Origin: Azolla caroliniana
Lineage: Eukaryota; Plantae; Polypodiophyta
Assembly: GCA_043228905.1 (NCBI GenBank)
Contig: JBHGNT010000004.1
Span: 992,001-1,056,000, forward strand
Length of the DNA: 64,000 nucleotides
Direction of reading: 5' to 3'
The notes below the pieces were generated by a model, which was given only the letters and a program-made list of their open reading frames with translations, searched no databases and was not told the DNA's origin. Positions 39,901 to 52,421 of the stretch are shown here, piece after piece. Each line of letters begins with the position of its first letter. Within the stretch, counting starts at the first letter, position 1. The translations under genes were made by a program, and so were the position numbers.

Positions 39901-41302
39901 CTACTATCCAGAACGATGATCTTGGAAGTCAGGATCTGCCGTTGATTGAAGAGGCTTCTCTTTTCCCAACTAGTGTAAGGAGCAAATGCATGACGCAACT
40001 CTTGTTCTTGGGTGCTGTTGACAGTCTTCAGGTACGATCTTTTGCAAACTCCGATTGACCAATTCATTATAATGTTCCCATATGGAATATTTATTTCCAG
40101 TACTTTGATGTAGTATTTCCATTTCTGGTGCCAGCTGTTTTACTATTATGTCACTTTTTGTGACAGGCTTTGTATAGTATTTCTGTAAACAAACCCATCT
40201 TTGGTGTACGTGGTTTTTCTTTCATGTGCAGAAGAAGCATTGGACACACTTGCATCCAAGTCATAAAGTTCTCATTATGGATGTTGTTTTGTCTATGGTC
40301 GACTTTGCTGCCTCATATAACAGCTACAAAAATCTGCAACTGCACATTCAGCAATTTTCTGTGGACAGGTACCGTTTATGATTGTGGCAAATATATGTTT
40401 AATAGCAAAACAAATTAATATGTACTATGGTTTCAGGCCCCCACCCAATTTACTGAGGCAGGAAATAGAAGGAACAAGGATTTACTTGACAATCTTGAAC
40501 AGAACAATCACAGAATATGAACCTTCATCTAATCAGACTACAGTTGAGGAGAAACTTGGTGAGGAGCAAGCCAATGGTTATGCTAGTGTTTCAAGATCAG
40601 AAGAGAGTCAACTTAGAGAAACTGCAGAACAAAGGTTAGTTTCTTTCTGTATGCATACCCTTAAGGAAGCAGCCACATCACAGGCCAGTGTTGGGGAAGC
40701 CCTTGGAACAGACTTGTTTTTTGCTGCTACATTACGATCCCCTGTTGTTGTCAAGGTAATATTTAGAAAACTTGTAAATGTAAAGTTTTGTGCTATCATT
40801 TACTGAACGGCATATTTCTTGATTAGTATTATTAAAGCATCGATATTCTTATATATTTAATTGGTTTAAAGTATTTCTCATGACAAACGTGTTACAAATT
40901 CCAGGTTTTGAATGGGATGTCTAAAATTGAAGCAAAAGTATTCAGTAAACATCTTGGAGAATTTTATCCTTATTTCACAAAGCTTATTTGCAGCGAACAG
41001 GTAGTGAAGAGTTTATCTCTATGTATCTGTTTAAAAAACAGTTTCAGTGTTTACTATGCATATGAAGATGCTACGTATATGATGTTATGATGTATATGGG
41101 TGTAGAAGTATGTATCTTATGATGTTATTCATGCATGTATTTTACATGTATGGATGTGTGTATGTATTTGTGTATGCATGTGCATATGTATGTATGTATT
41201 TATGATTATGCATGAGAGATAGTGCAATTTTGGTGACAGGTGGAGGTTCGTAGAGCACTCAGTGAACTTTTTAAACTGCAGCTTATTTCTAATCTCCCAT
41301 AG
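24914..41302 (+). CDS. BIG5: Brefeldin A-inhibited ARF guanine-nucleotide exchange factor, BIG5/MIN7 type, ~33 exons
   Basis: Exon 1 24914-25025 ([37 protein letters not shown]); exons 28268-28340, 29845-30064 ([22 protein letters not shown]), 30166-30287 ([11 protein letters not shown]); HUS box FVNYDCD ~34410; Sec7 catalytic motif [20 protein letters not shown] ~35534-35592 and [14 protein letters not shown]; HDS motifs [29 protein letters not shown]; last exon 41240-41302 ([20 protein letters not shown]). Splice sites read by eye and phases checked for the first exons only. Confidence 0.93.
26131..26545 (+). pseudogene. Ty3/gypsy reverse-transcriptase remnant in BIG5 intron 1
   Basis: [63 protein letters not shown], a decayed form of LPP.R..F.IDL.P..PYR..YR.LNK.TIKN.YPLPRIDDL.DRL.GA..F..MPFGLTNAP. 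Confidence 0.75.
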
Positions 41303-42877
41303 TGTCATGTTCTGCTGATGCCCGATTTTGATAACCTTTTGAAGGGAATAAGAATCAGCCAAATCTGTGAGCGAGCTTTCAATATGAAGATTTTGTTCAT
41401 TCTTTTGGGCCAGTTATATTAGGATTGGCTCTTGTATGGCTACGATAGGGATGAATGTAGAAGTTCAACAGCAAAAGAGACTCTAATGGGATATGAGGAT
41501 TTGGACAGATTCCTTGTATGAAACAACATATAATAGAAATCACTTCTGTTTGATGCATCTCTTAAAGGAATGATGTAATAAAGGTGGAAATGTACTTTTA
41601 TTTTGATACATGTGACTCACACCGTGGAATTCTTATGGTTTTTCATTTGATCTCTGAGCAAGTACTAGAGGCACCTCTGGTTTGTGAGTGTAAATAGAGG
41701 TTCGTGCAGCCCTTCAATGTTATGATATGCCTACAATAGCAATGGTAAAATATGTACTGATGCGTTATCTCAAATTAAAATACATACTTTTTGTAGTGAT
41801 TTTTTATAGTAAGTCATGTAGTAAAAAATACATGGGTACCCTAATGATACAAGAATGGAAAAATGCACATATGGTGATCTAATAATGAACGAGGGGACCT
41901 ACTTGTATTCTGATTAATTGACATTGTTTTTATGGTGTTTGTATTCATCATCATGGGTTCACAATTGTAGTATATGAACAAAGTCACATTGTGATCTCCC
42001 TATACGCATTCATATGGTTAGTAACATGAAGTCCTCAAGAACTGGTGGATGATAGAGCACACAGCAGTAAACCCCTTACATAAGGCATAATGCCTAATAC
42101 CTTCAACACTGGTTTGTATCAAAACCATGCTATAGATTGTGGTTATGCCACATGATTTTGTGACTAATTGTTCTTAAATGAGTGAAACTTAAATAATGAA
42201 TTAGGAAGTTAACTTCTTATGATGTGTGAATGTCCTATTTGTTATGCAAAATTTTACTTTCGAATTTGAACTTTTGATAGGATGCTAAACAAATTCAAAT
42301 GGACGATTATATATATTGCATAGCCATTGTTGCTTACAAGTTTTCTTAGTCATATGGTTAATTCTCGTTTCTATGTAGTCAAGGGTGTCATAACTTTAAC
42401 CAAGCATTAGTGTGTAATTTTGTACCAAAGATAATTAGTTGACTTTTGAATACCTATTGATATTCCAATAACCTAGATTCGGCTTTGATGTGTACTACTT
42501 TATAGTTTAACAAAGAAATACACAACTTTATAGGTTCTAGATGTAAACAATAACTTTTAACAAATGTATAATATTTTAAGTCCATTTTTCTCTTTAAATG
42601 TAATGTTGAACCCATGCATTCCTACATATGCAAAGTGTATAATCTCTAGATATCATCTTCAATGCTATATATGAAGATCATACCATGCACGAGATAATAG
42701 AAGTAGAAGAGGTCATGAAGCAAAAATAAGAAATGAAGAAGCTTAATGTTTGTAGGGGAGAATGTGTTGTTACAAAGAGATTGCGGAGATTGCTTGTTAT
42801 CGAGGAAGAGACCACTACCTACATTAACATATTGTTGGCTACTTTTGATGTACTTTTATCTTGGTTGAGATTTGAAC

Positions 42878-43200
42878 CCACCTAGCTATTAAGTACGGGA
42901 CCCATTGGGGCGGTACTCTTTCTTAGTTAGAAAGTGTGTAGGTATGGTGGTTTGCCAATCTTCGCACGAGGATCGAAGGATGTATCATTTATTTCATAGT
43001 ATAATTTTAATGTTTAAAAGTAAGTAAATAGATAAATACATTTGATGCCACCTAGTTATTAAGTACGAACCCTTCGAGAGGTATGCTGAGTTAGAAAGTG
43101 TGTAGGTATGGTGGTTTGCCAATCTCAGCACGAGGATCGAAGAATGCATCATTTATTTCGTAATATAATTTTAATTTTTAAAAGTAAATAAATAGATCAA
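42878..43200. repeat. Tandem duplication, 2 x ~170 bp
   Basis: ccacctag.tattaagtacg..agttagaaagtgtgtaggtatggtggtttgccaatct..gcacgaggatcgaag at ~42878 and ~43048. Confidence 0.85.
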
Positions 43201-46200
43201 ATGTAGTTAGAAATGACATTTTTTATCTTAAAAGCTGCCTTTCTAGTATGTACTATTAATTTAAAATATGTACTTGTGTCTTGAAAATGTTCCACTATTA
43301 TCGGGTCAAATCTACATTTTGGTTTTTATGGTCTTCTAATGGCAACAAAATAAAGAGCGAAACAAATGTGGATTGTATAGTGCATGTGCTCCATCGTAAA
43401 TATTTTTTGGGCAACTTCTTGGATCATGTTCACTCCAACTCCCTCCATTGAATTTATTCTTCAATTGTTCTTCATACCTTTTGAATTCAATATATGAAAT
43501 CTTTAAGAGTAATGGACCCACTTATTCTCTTCTAACTCTTTAAAGTTTGAATAATAAAGACACCTTCAAAAAGTCAAGAAGATAAGACAATCAAATAAAC
43601 CTTCCAATTAATATGTCAATCGTGTAGTGTATCAGGTTTGCAACAACATCAATCTCGAGAACACTAGTAAGATAGTCCATGATGTAGGAGAATGGTTGGG
43701 TTTAATAAACATTTCACTTTTTTAAGGGTGATTAATCGTACCTATGAATGTGAACCGCTAGCAACCTAGGGGGAACTTCCTTTACCCGAGGTGACAATGC
43801 ACTTGTAATGGATATTTACGAGTAGATCCCCTTTCCTTATTGGCCAATAACTCGTTTTGGGATTCAAGTTGCATCAATTAATGGGTACCAATAATGTTTA
43901 ATCACTATGGGGCCATAATCAACAAATCATACTAAACTATAAAATGTTTTATTATTATTTAGCTTTAGTATCCAATGTATATATTTGAGCTACTACTATA
44001 GTTGACTCTTCAACACTTGTGCTAAAATACCCCCATACTTTTAGTGAAAACGATAATAAAGTTTAACTATCCATATATTCGCTTAACACTATTGACCCAT
44101 TTTCTTGCCACGCTATGGAGAAGAAATCAATGGTCATCTCATTGTTAGAAATAAACAAGAAATCTGAAGGAGAGACACACAAGGTATATGAAAAAGTCCC
44201 TAAACCCTACCCTCTCTTTGAAAAAGTCCCACCATATGTATATGAGGCCAATAATCTATAGGTACCTTGGTATTTTAAGAAATAAACTCCGTTGAGAAAT
44301 TAGAAGCCATTGCATGAATGATTGATGAGGAAGAAAGAGAAGTAAAAAAACAATCAAATCATAGGAACATTAAAACAAAAATTAAAGACATGACTAATTG
44401 AAAAAAAGAAGATATTCAATAACTTACACGTCAATATAAGAAAATAAGAGAAGTTCCTAAAGGATTAGAAAGTTTGGCAAACAAATACTTTATTATTGTC
44501 CAAGAGAGGTTGAGTATGTCCTTCAAGATGGGGTTGAGCCCATGGATTGAACTTGGACTCTCTCAAAATTATAATTTTCATGCTAAGACATCAACCACAA
44601 TGCCAACACAGAGCAAGAAAGGACATCGATAATAGAATATTGAACAGATTCACATAATGTATTGATAATAGCATCTTGAAGAGATTCCCACAAGAAGGAA
44701 CAAATCAATCAATTGAAAAGGTAGTGTAAGATAGAGAAATGTTCAAGCCGACAAATTAGAATCATTACATATACCCACAAACAAGGAAAGAAAGCAAGTG
44801 AAGATTCCTTGTTTTTTACCAAGTAATTAATATAATCACACGACCTTATGGCTATGCCCTATAGGTTGGCATAAGAAATTTTAAATCTGGCTTGAAAAAA
44901 AGAGAGACCCAATGGAAATGTAAACTTCGTGTTTTGTTATACTTAGAACATGTAGATCACAAGGTGGAGGCAACGCAATGACTTGACGAGAAACTTAGAT
45001 TTATTGAAATTGATTGTCAATTGTGTGGCTAATGAAAAATGCTTCCCTACTCACAATTCTTCTTGCAAATCTTGAGTGGTTATTTTACATGAAAAATGAG
45101 TTAGGAACAAATAGCTTGTCATGGGACAATTTTGTAAAAGAGGGCTTTAAGTAGGCAACCTTGTCTTATTAATTTTTTGAAGAGGCCAAGGATTTTTAAT
45201 TTCCCTATCCACTTTGCAAGCTTGCGTACAAAACTCAATTTTACCACAATTTACTTGATGTACTCCGATTGGACAATACCTACGGCCTTATCCATAATAA
45301 CCAAAAACTGAGAGGCATGTTTTGCATGTCCAACACCTTTTGTTTGTAAATGATTTCCAATATTAATTGTCACGTCTCATTGGGACAAAACCATACTACA
45401 GATGGAGAAGTAGGGTTCAATTTAAGAGAGGAGCCTATGAAACTGCTACCACATCCATGAAGGGTAGCAAAGTCACAATAGAATATGTCATTTAGATGAG
45501 TGAGGATCAAATTTATACATTTTTGTATTCAACTTCATGAGAGTAATGGCATAGTAATATGGTAGAGTTTAACATTTACACCTTGGTGAGAAAAATACTT
45601 CAAGAATTCCTCCTGCTAGAACTATCCCATTCTGATGCTTTCCAATGTCATAATCCACTTGAAGCTTCCTGTAAGTCCTTTTAGGTGAATGCTCCTTCCA
45701 ACTCCAAAGTAATTGATGTCAAATTATATATGTGTGATTGTAGGGAGCAATGTTATTGAGAAAGACTAGATGCAAAATCAATATTAACGAGGGAAGAGAA
45801 AAACGGAGGATACATCAGCAAAACATTCCAAATTATTTTTAGTATGTCCAACATTTCATATATTAAACGTTTTGTAGTTGCATTGTTTGTGCAAGTCATG
45901 ATTTAATATTTTGAAGAATTGTATTTGAGGAACAATTTATATATTTTAGCAGACGTTATTATCTTCTTGTACTCATGACATCTCAAGTTTATGATGCTTG
46001 TGCTTAAGAGTTTCTACATGCAATTCATAGATAAACTTCTCGAATGTCACTAGATGGGCCTACATCAAAAAGCTCACTTACCTAATGACATTTGGCCTTA
46101 CCTAAAGCCTCTCATTGTCGATGTTCTGACAAGTCATAACCCTAAATGACAAATTGCATCTACCATAAGAAATAATTGGGAAATAATAACCAAGCAATGT

Positions 46201-47177
46201 CCTAATCTATGTAAAATTGACCTTAGAGCTCGAAAAATTGCATCATGAATTGCACGTTGAAATTAAACATGAGACAATAATTGTTGTTGACTTGGATCAA
46301 TGTGTTTCCAATACAATGTTCCATGCCTATAGAAATCCCAAAATATAAACCCAGCCAAACATTGACACACGATAATCCATTTTTGCAAAAGAACTCATCA
46401 CAATGTTGAGCATGTACTATGTGTAATACATGTTATCAAGATATATGATCCAATCATGTGAACCCCCCTAGCAACATCCTCTACTCCTCGCAAGCTTTCG
46501 ATTAATTCAAAAGAGGAATAGATGCATTATACGATGAATGGGGTGCGGGCAATATCCCAAAACTACGAAGCTTGATGGGATTCAAAACTTGGGATGCCAG
46601 GGGAGGGGGGGGGGGGGTTCAGAATGCATGGCACAAAAGTAGTAGCCGAAACAAAGTGTGTTGCGATGCAGGGGCCGAGGTCAATTTGTGAGAGTCTGAC
46701 GCAGTATCAAACAAACTGAGGGATGGATTGCGTGTGTGTAATCAAACACACAGACTGGAACATAGACGCCATATATCCAAATATATAGGTAGACATTTCT
46801 GGTGTGGATTAGGGGTGGGGGGGGAGGAACCCGGAGGAGTTACCGAGACGGATTTTTGCAAAGGGCCGGTAATCCATCAATCTCATCTCGACGAGTCAGT
46901 GATGAGAGTGGCGGTAAAGTCATTGGGAGGAGATATGGTGGTGGAAATGGATCTACAAGACTACAGACTACAGACTACATACATCTATATCATCTTGAGT
47001 GTACATAGGTTATATATTATGTTAAAATTAATGTTAAGTTATTAATGTTAATAATGTGTGTAGGGTAGGAGGAGACCACTCTAAAAGGAGACTTTTTCTT
47101 CACCAGAAAATAAAAGCGAAAAGCCAAAGGAGAGAGATGCCAGCATAGCTCTTAGATGCTCAACACTGTTCCTTCTC

Positions 47178-47231
47178 TTCTTCTTCTTCTTCTTCTTCTT
47201 CTTCTTCTGCTGCTGCTGCTGCTGCTGCTGC
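47178..47231. repeat. Compound (CTT)n(CTG)n microsatellite in the SERK 5' region
   Basis: Visible directly, ~210-260 bp upstream of the ATG. Confidence 0.9.
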
Positions 47232-47438
47232 TCTGCTCTGTTCCCAATTGAAGAAGAAGCATTGAAAGAGAAGGAAGTAAGCAAGGAGGTAAAAAACAAC
47301 CTCCTTTGGTGGTGGGCACACGGATCAGGTCAGAGATTAATTAGTTCTCCCACTTCCGCCCACAAAAACCATCTATTATCTGTCTTGACAGAGGAATTCA
47401 CGCTCCAGATTCCAGTCCAAGGCTGCCCGAAACTAGAG

Positions 47439-50400
47439 ATGCGCTTCTCCCTGTTTCTGTTCCTTCTTCAGTTCTTCCTTCTCGATAGAGTTTCTTCTAA
47501 TTCAGAAGGTTACTCTCTGTTCCTTAATTCTTTTTCTTCTTCTTTTCTGTCTATTCAGATCCACGTTCTTCTTTTTCTTCCACATTTTTTTCATAATTTC
47601 TGAAACAGACACACTCTTCTACCCCTTTTATGATCGTAGCTTTCCATTTTCTTGGATTTATGCTAGCCTTGTCTCAAATAAAGCTCTTTAATGTTATTTA
47701 AGACTCTTGCTCTTTACATTCATTTCTCCACATGCACACATACATCCATAATGGACGAATTAACTTCTAATATTGATTGTTCTCTTTAAGTTGAAAACAT
47801 TCGTTTGCTCAGTTCAACATTAATAGAGCTATGTAGCTATGACAGTTGTTTTTGTTGTATAAAAGCACAATATGTCCTTAACGACTCAGCAAAATTACAA
47901 TGTGGATGTTGTTTGTTCAGAAAACCATTAAGTTTGGTATAGACCAAGTATCCAATCATGAAATGGATGACAATCACATGGAAATATTATTGTGAAGTCT
48001 GCTATCGATCATGTTCTGAACCATGAAGTGGAGGATCATCGTCATATGAACATTATATTGTTAATTTTGGGATTGTGAAGTTTCGAAGGATGAAGTGAAA
48101 GATCATCATTGTATGAACATGTATCATTGTTAGAAGTGAAAGATCCATCAACTTATGAACATGTCATTTTGAAGTTTGGTATCAACCTAGTCTCGAAGTA
48201 TGAAGTGAAAGATCATCATCATATGAATATGTATCATCATCCTCTGAACGTTTATCATCTTTAGAAGTGAAAGATCACCATGCTATGAACATATCAATGT
48301 TACACTCTTCGTGAAGTGATCGATCATCATCATGCAAACATACCATTTCAACCTTATTTGTCCATGTCTGTGGAAACCTGTAGGATGCATTTTATACTTG
48401 AAACGAGCTGATTCCAACAAAATTATTTTCACTGAGAAATTGCAGGTTATGTTTGGTATAGACCATATGATTTCAATGCTATTTATCCAGGCCAATTATG
48501 TTCATATGACCATGTCATCATAAATTTTTCTATAGAAAGAGTTTCTAATAATTAAGTGGAAGACACTCATCATATGAACAAACCATTTCAATGCTATTTA
48601 TGTGGGCAGGAGGAAGCCACATATATTTTGTTGGCTGATTCCATTGGATTCATCATTATTATATAATCATATCATTTCAACAATATTCATCTGGCATGAG
48701 GAAGCCTAAAGAAAATATTTTTTTAAAATGAAACAACTAGCCGATTTACATTGTTAATGAAGATTCTTGTTTTGGCTATAGGTGATGCATTAAGTGCTCT
48801 AAAGAATGCTCTTACCGATCCAAGCAGTGTTCTTGGGAGCTGGGACTCTACTCTCGTGAATCCGTGCACTTGGTTCCACGTCACGTGCAACAACAATAAT
48901 ATGGTTGTTAGGGTGTAAGAACATACTGTTGAGCTTTATTTTTTCTTGTTAGCATAAACTTTGTTTATCTCAAAAGAGATCCTACTCCCTTTAACATATA
49001 TTTTATGCTATGGAAAATTAACTATAGTCATTCTTGTAGTGACCTTGGCAATGCTAAATTATCCGGTAGCCTAGTGCCTGATCTTGGTGAACTTCAGCAT
49101 CTTCAATATTTGTAAGTTCTTTTTCATTTGCCATTTGGATTTGAAGTGATTTATACTGTTTGCATATGGATCCAATAATCTATTTCAATATCTATTAGGT
49201 CAATAATGTCTTTATTTATATCTGGTTTTATAGGTAATATTTTCCCCTTTGGTTTAGCAGAATGCTATAAAAGGGTTAAGATATTACCTCCTATTTTGAT
49301 ATTTTAAAGATTTATCTCCACCATTAATTTATAACACAATTGTTCAGTTCCACTTGCAATGTATTAGATGGTTAATGTATTTCTGTATCAACGTACAATA
49401 TCACATTATCTACTTTGAGGTGTCAACATGGAAGGAGAAGAAGATTGGGAAACAATAAGTTTTCCTAATGACTAGAAGAAGTGAAACGCCGTCCATGATT
49501 CACAACATCATATGAAGAAAAAAGTCTACCCAGTAGCAAACAACATCTTAAAGTCATCCATAAATGTCTCAGACATAAAGGGAACCTTTTACTCTAAGGA
49601 TTCAACATGAAAGACTGGCCAATCTGCTGACTCACTCATCGTCTTTCATTATATTACATAGTTAGTTACTATCATAGCAAAATATTTATCCTAGATTTTC
49701 TTGGTCCAAATTGGGCATGACGTGTAAAATGCCAATGGTTATAATGTGGCATTGGTTTGACATGCTACTTTGGAACGCAAAACGAGCTCTTCTTTATATT
49801 TTACCAAATCTCAAGACAAGTTCTTACTCTGAATCTTGAAAGTTTGATATGAATAATAAACCTGAATAGTAAATTCAAATGTATATGTCAGGATTATATA
49901 GAAAATACGCATCCGCAAAGTAGGATTATGACGTGAGCTATACTTATCTGAAGTAAACACCACTGGGAAGCCAAATGACATAAATTCATTGCAATAATCT
50001 GCATATAGGAGTATCAAAACAACGAAAATGCTTGACATATCACTCCTGTCTCCACCAAAAAGTATGGCAGAAAAAATCTCTACTAGTTCCACAGTTGCCA
50101 AGTATAAATTGCATTCTGCAAGTTCTGCAGATGCCAATCTAAGATATCCAGTCATTCATGCATGATTCATTGAAAATCACACACATTGCATGCCACCAAG
50201 CAAATATAACCCTGGTTGTGAGAAAGTAGTACCAGTGTCGCCAAGCACATTTAAATATATATATGGTTGTAAGATGCAACCTCCCAACTCATTGTTTGAA
50301 GCATGAAACTGGAGAATGGCCAAGGACAAAAACACAAAGGTAAGTTTCACATCCATTTCATTGACGATATGTTTTCTAGTCTTTTCATAAATATCTTGGC

Positions 50401-52377
50401 CACGATTATACCCTATATGTTACGAGTCTAACTAATTAGTAAGCAAAATATAAGGAATTATAGACCAAAGAAAGGAAAGAGGGTTGTTAGATGGACCCAA
50501 ATCTCCTTGATGTTCCATACCATTGAGTGTTGATGCAGGTCGTACCTTGGGTACTGTAGGGATCGTAGGTGCTTAGCTAACAAGAGCTATAGCCACACTG
50601 ACACAGTCTCGACATAGGTCAAGCCTCCCTCATAAGAAGGTAGCTAGCCTTCTTATATAGGCAGAAACCCTAGGCCTTGGTATGTTCACACACTTGACTT
50701 CTTCATGTAAAGTGGTCAAGTGATAAAAAACTTAATAATTATCTCACGCTGTAGAATTGTAATTCCATTAATACCCTTGTTCCTTTCGGGATTAACCCAC
50801 ACATACTCATCATAAGATTAGGGAAAACTATGGAAAACCTATCTCATGATCAGTTATGGTTGCACTTAATATCACGGAATCTTCCAATTTTTCTCCATGT
50901 ATACATCTATATAAAATTACCAAAATTTACTAGCAGTATGCTGGTAGTAATATCAAGAAAGAAAGAAATATCAGATTATTGCATTCTATTTTGTGCAGGG
51001 AACTCTACAGTAATAGTATTAGTGGGGCTATACCTCCAGAGATTGGCAATCTGACTCAGCTGGTGAGCCTAGACTTGTATGACAATAAGTTCACTGGAGC
51101 AATACCAGATACATTGGGAAAGCTGACTACTCTTCGTTTCTTGTGAGACATCTTTACTCAATGTAATCCTTCATATCAAAATAATAATAAAAGCAAAAAG
51201 AACAAGAAAAAGAAAATCTCAGTCTGAAGCTTGTATTGATCAAAATAAGGATGTGTATCCTGTTACATGTGCAAAAGGCGGTTGAACAACAATTCTCTAT
51301 CTGCTTCCATTCCCTATTCATTGACAAACATTACCACACTTCAAGTGCTGTAAGTAATTATTGTATTTACGTTCTTTACATTTTTAGATGTTATAGAGGG
51401 GGATGTTGTAACTGTGACAAGTACTAACAAGCATAAATGCTTTATTTTTTGAATTTGGTGCTCCCATTTGCTTTCACCAATTTTGATGTTCATTAAAGCT
51501 TTTGATAGTGATTTGTCGAACAATAATCTGTCTGGACGAATCCCAGTGAATGGATCTTTCTCTCTCTTCACTCCGATCAGGTAAACACTGTGTCTTGTGC
51601 AAACTTCCTAGTTAGGATTAACTGCCTTTTATAAAAAAAAAATGCAAACACCTTTTATCTTGGGGTTAGCAAAAATAGAGTTATGACTGTCAATAATGCT
51701 AAACAGTTACTTTTGCATCTTATGACAGTTTTTCTGGCAACACTGATCTTTGTGGATCTGTGATTGGCAAACAATGCCCTGGGGATCCACCCTTTCCTCC
51801 TCCGCCTCCTTTTCAACCCCCCCCAAACCCTACAGATGTTGGAAGCAGTGGAGGTGGGAGGGTCATTTCTAGAAATTTAAATTGATTAAGACTTGGCAAT
51901 AGACACAAAGTATCCGAACAGCCATTATAAACATTAGGGAAGAACACCAACATATGCCTAACCTGTTAGGAGTATTCTGGTAAATACCCAACAAGTTGGG
52001 GGTATTTTGATGGTTTTTTCCTACATATTATATTTAACATGCGACCTTTTGTCGTATGGACTTTGAACATTTTTGAAAAGCATAGAAAATCTATATTAAC
52101 ATGCATTGAAGTGTGATTGGATCCTGGTGACTCATGTGTAGGCAATGGAGGATCATCCACCACTGGTGCTATAGCTGGTGGAGTTGCTGCAGGTGCTGCT
52201 CTAATCTTTGCAGTACCTGCACTTGGTTTTGCATGGTGGCGGAGAAGAAAGCCACAAGAGAACTTCTTCGATGTTCCAGGTACAGACTTTTTTCTGATAA
52301 TAAAGCATTCTTTATGTTACACCTATAAACTTTGATTTTCCAGGTAGAACAGTTCCGCCAGATTCCACACACACATA

Positions 52378-52421
<44 letters not shown>

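Noticed and set aside
46599-46830. G-runs upstream of SERK as a G-quadruplex
   Set aside because: Simple homopolymer tracts with no supporting evidence of function.
47081-47299. PolyQ/polyK ORF
   Set aside because: Translation of the (CTT)n(CTG)n microsatellite on the opposite strand.
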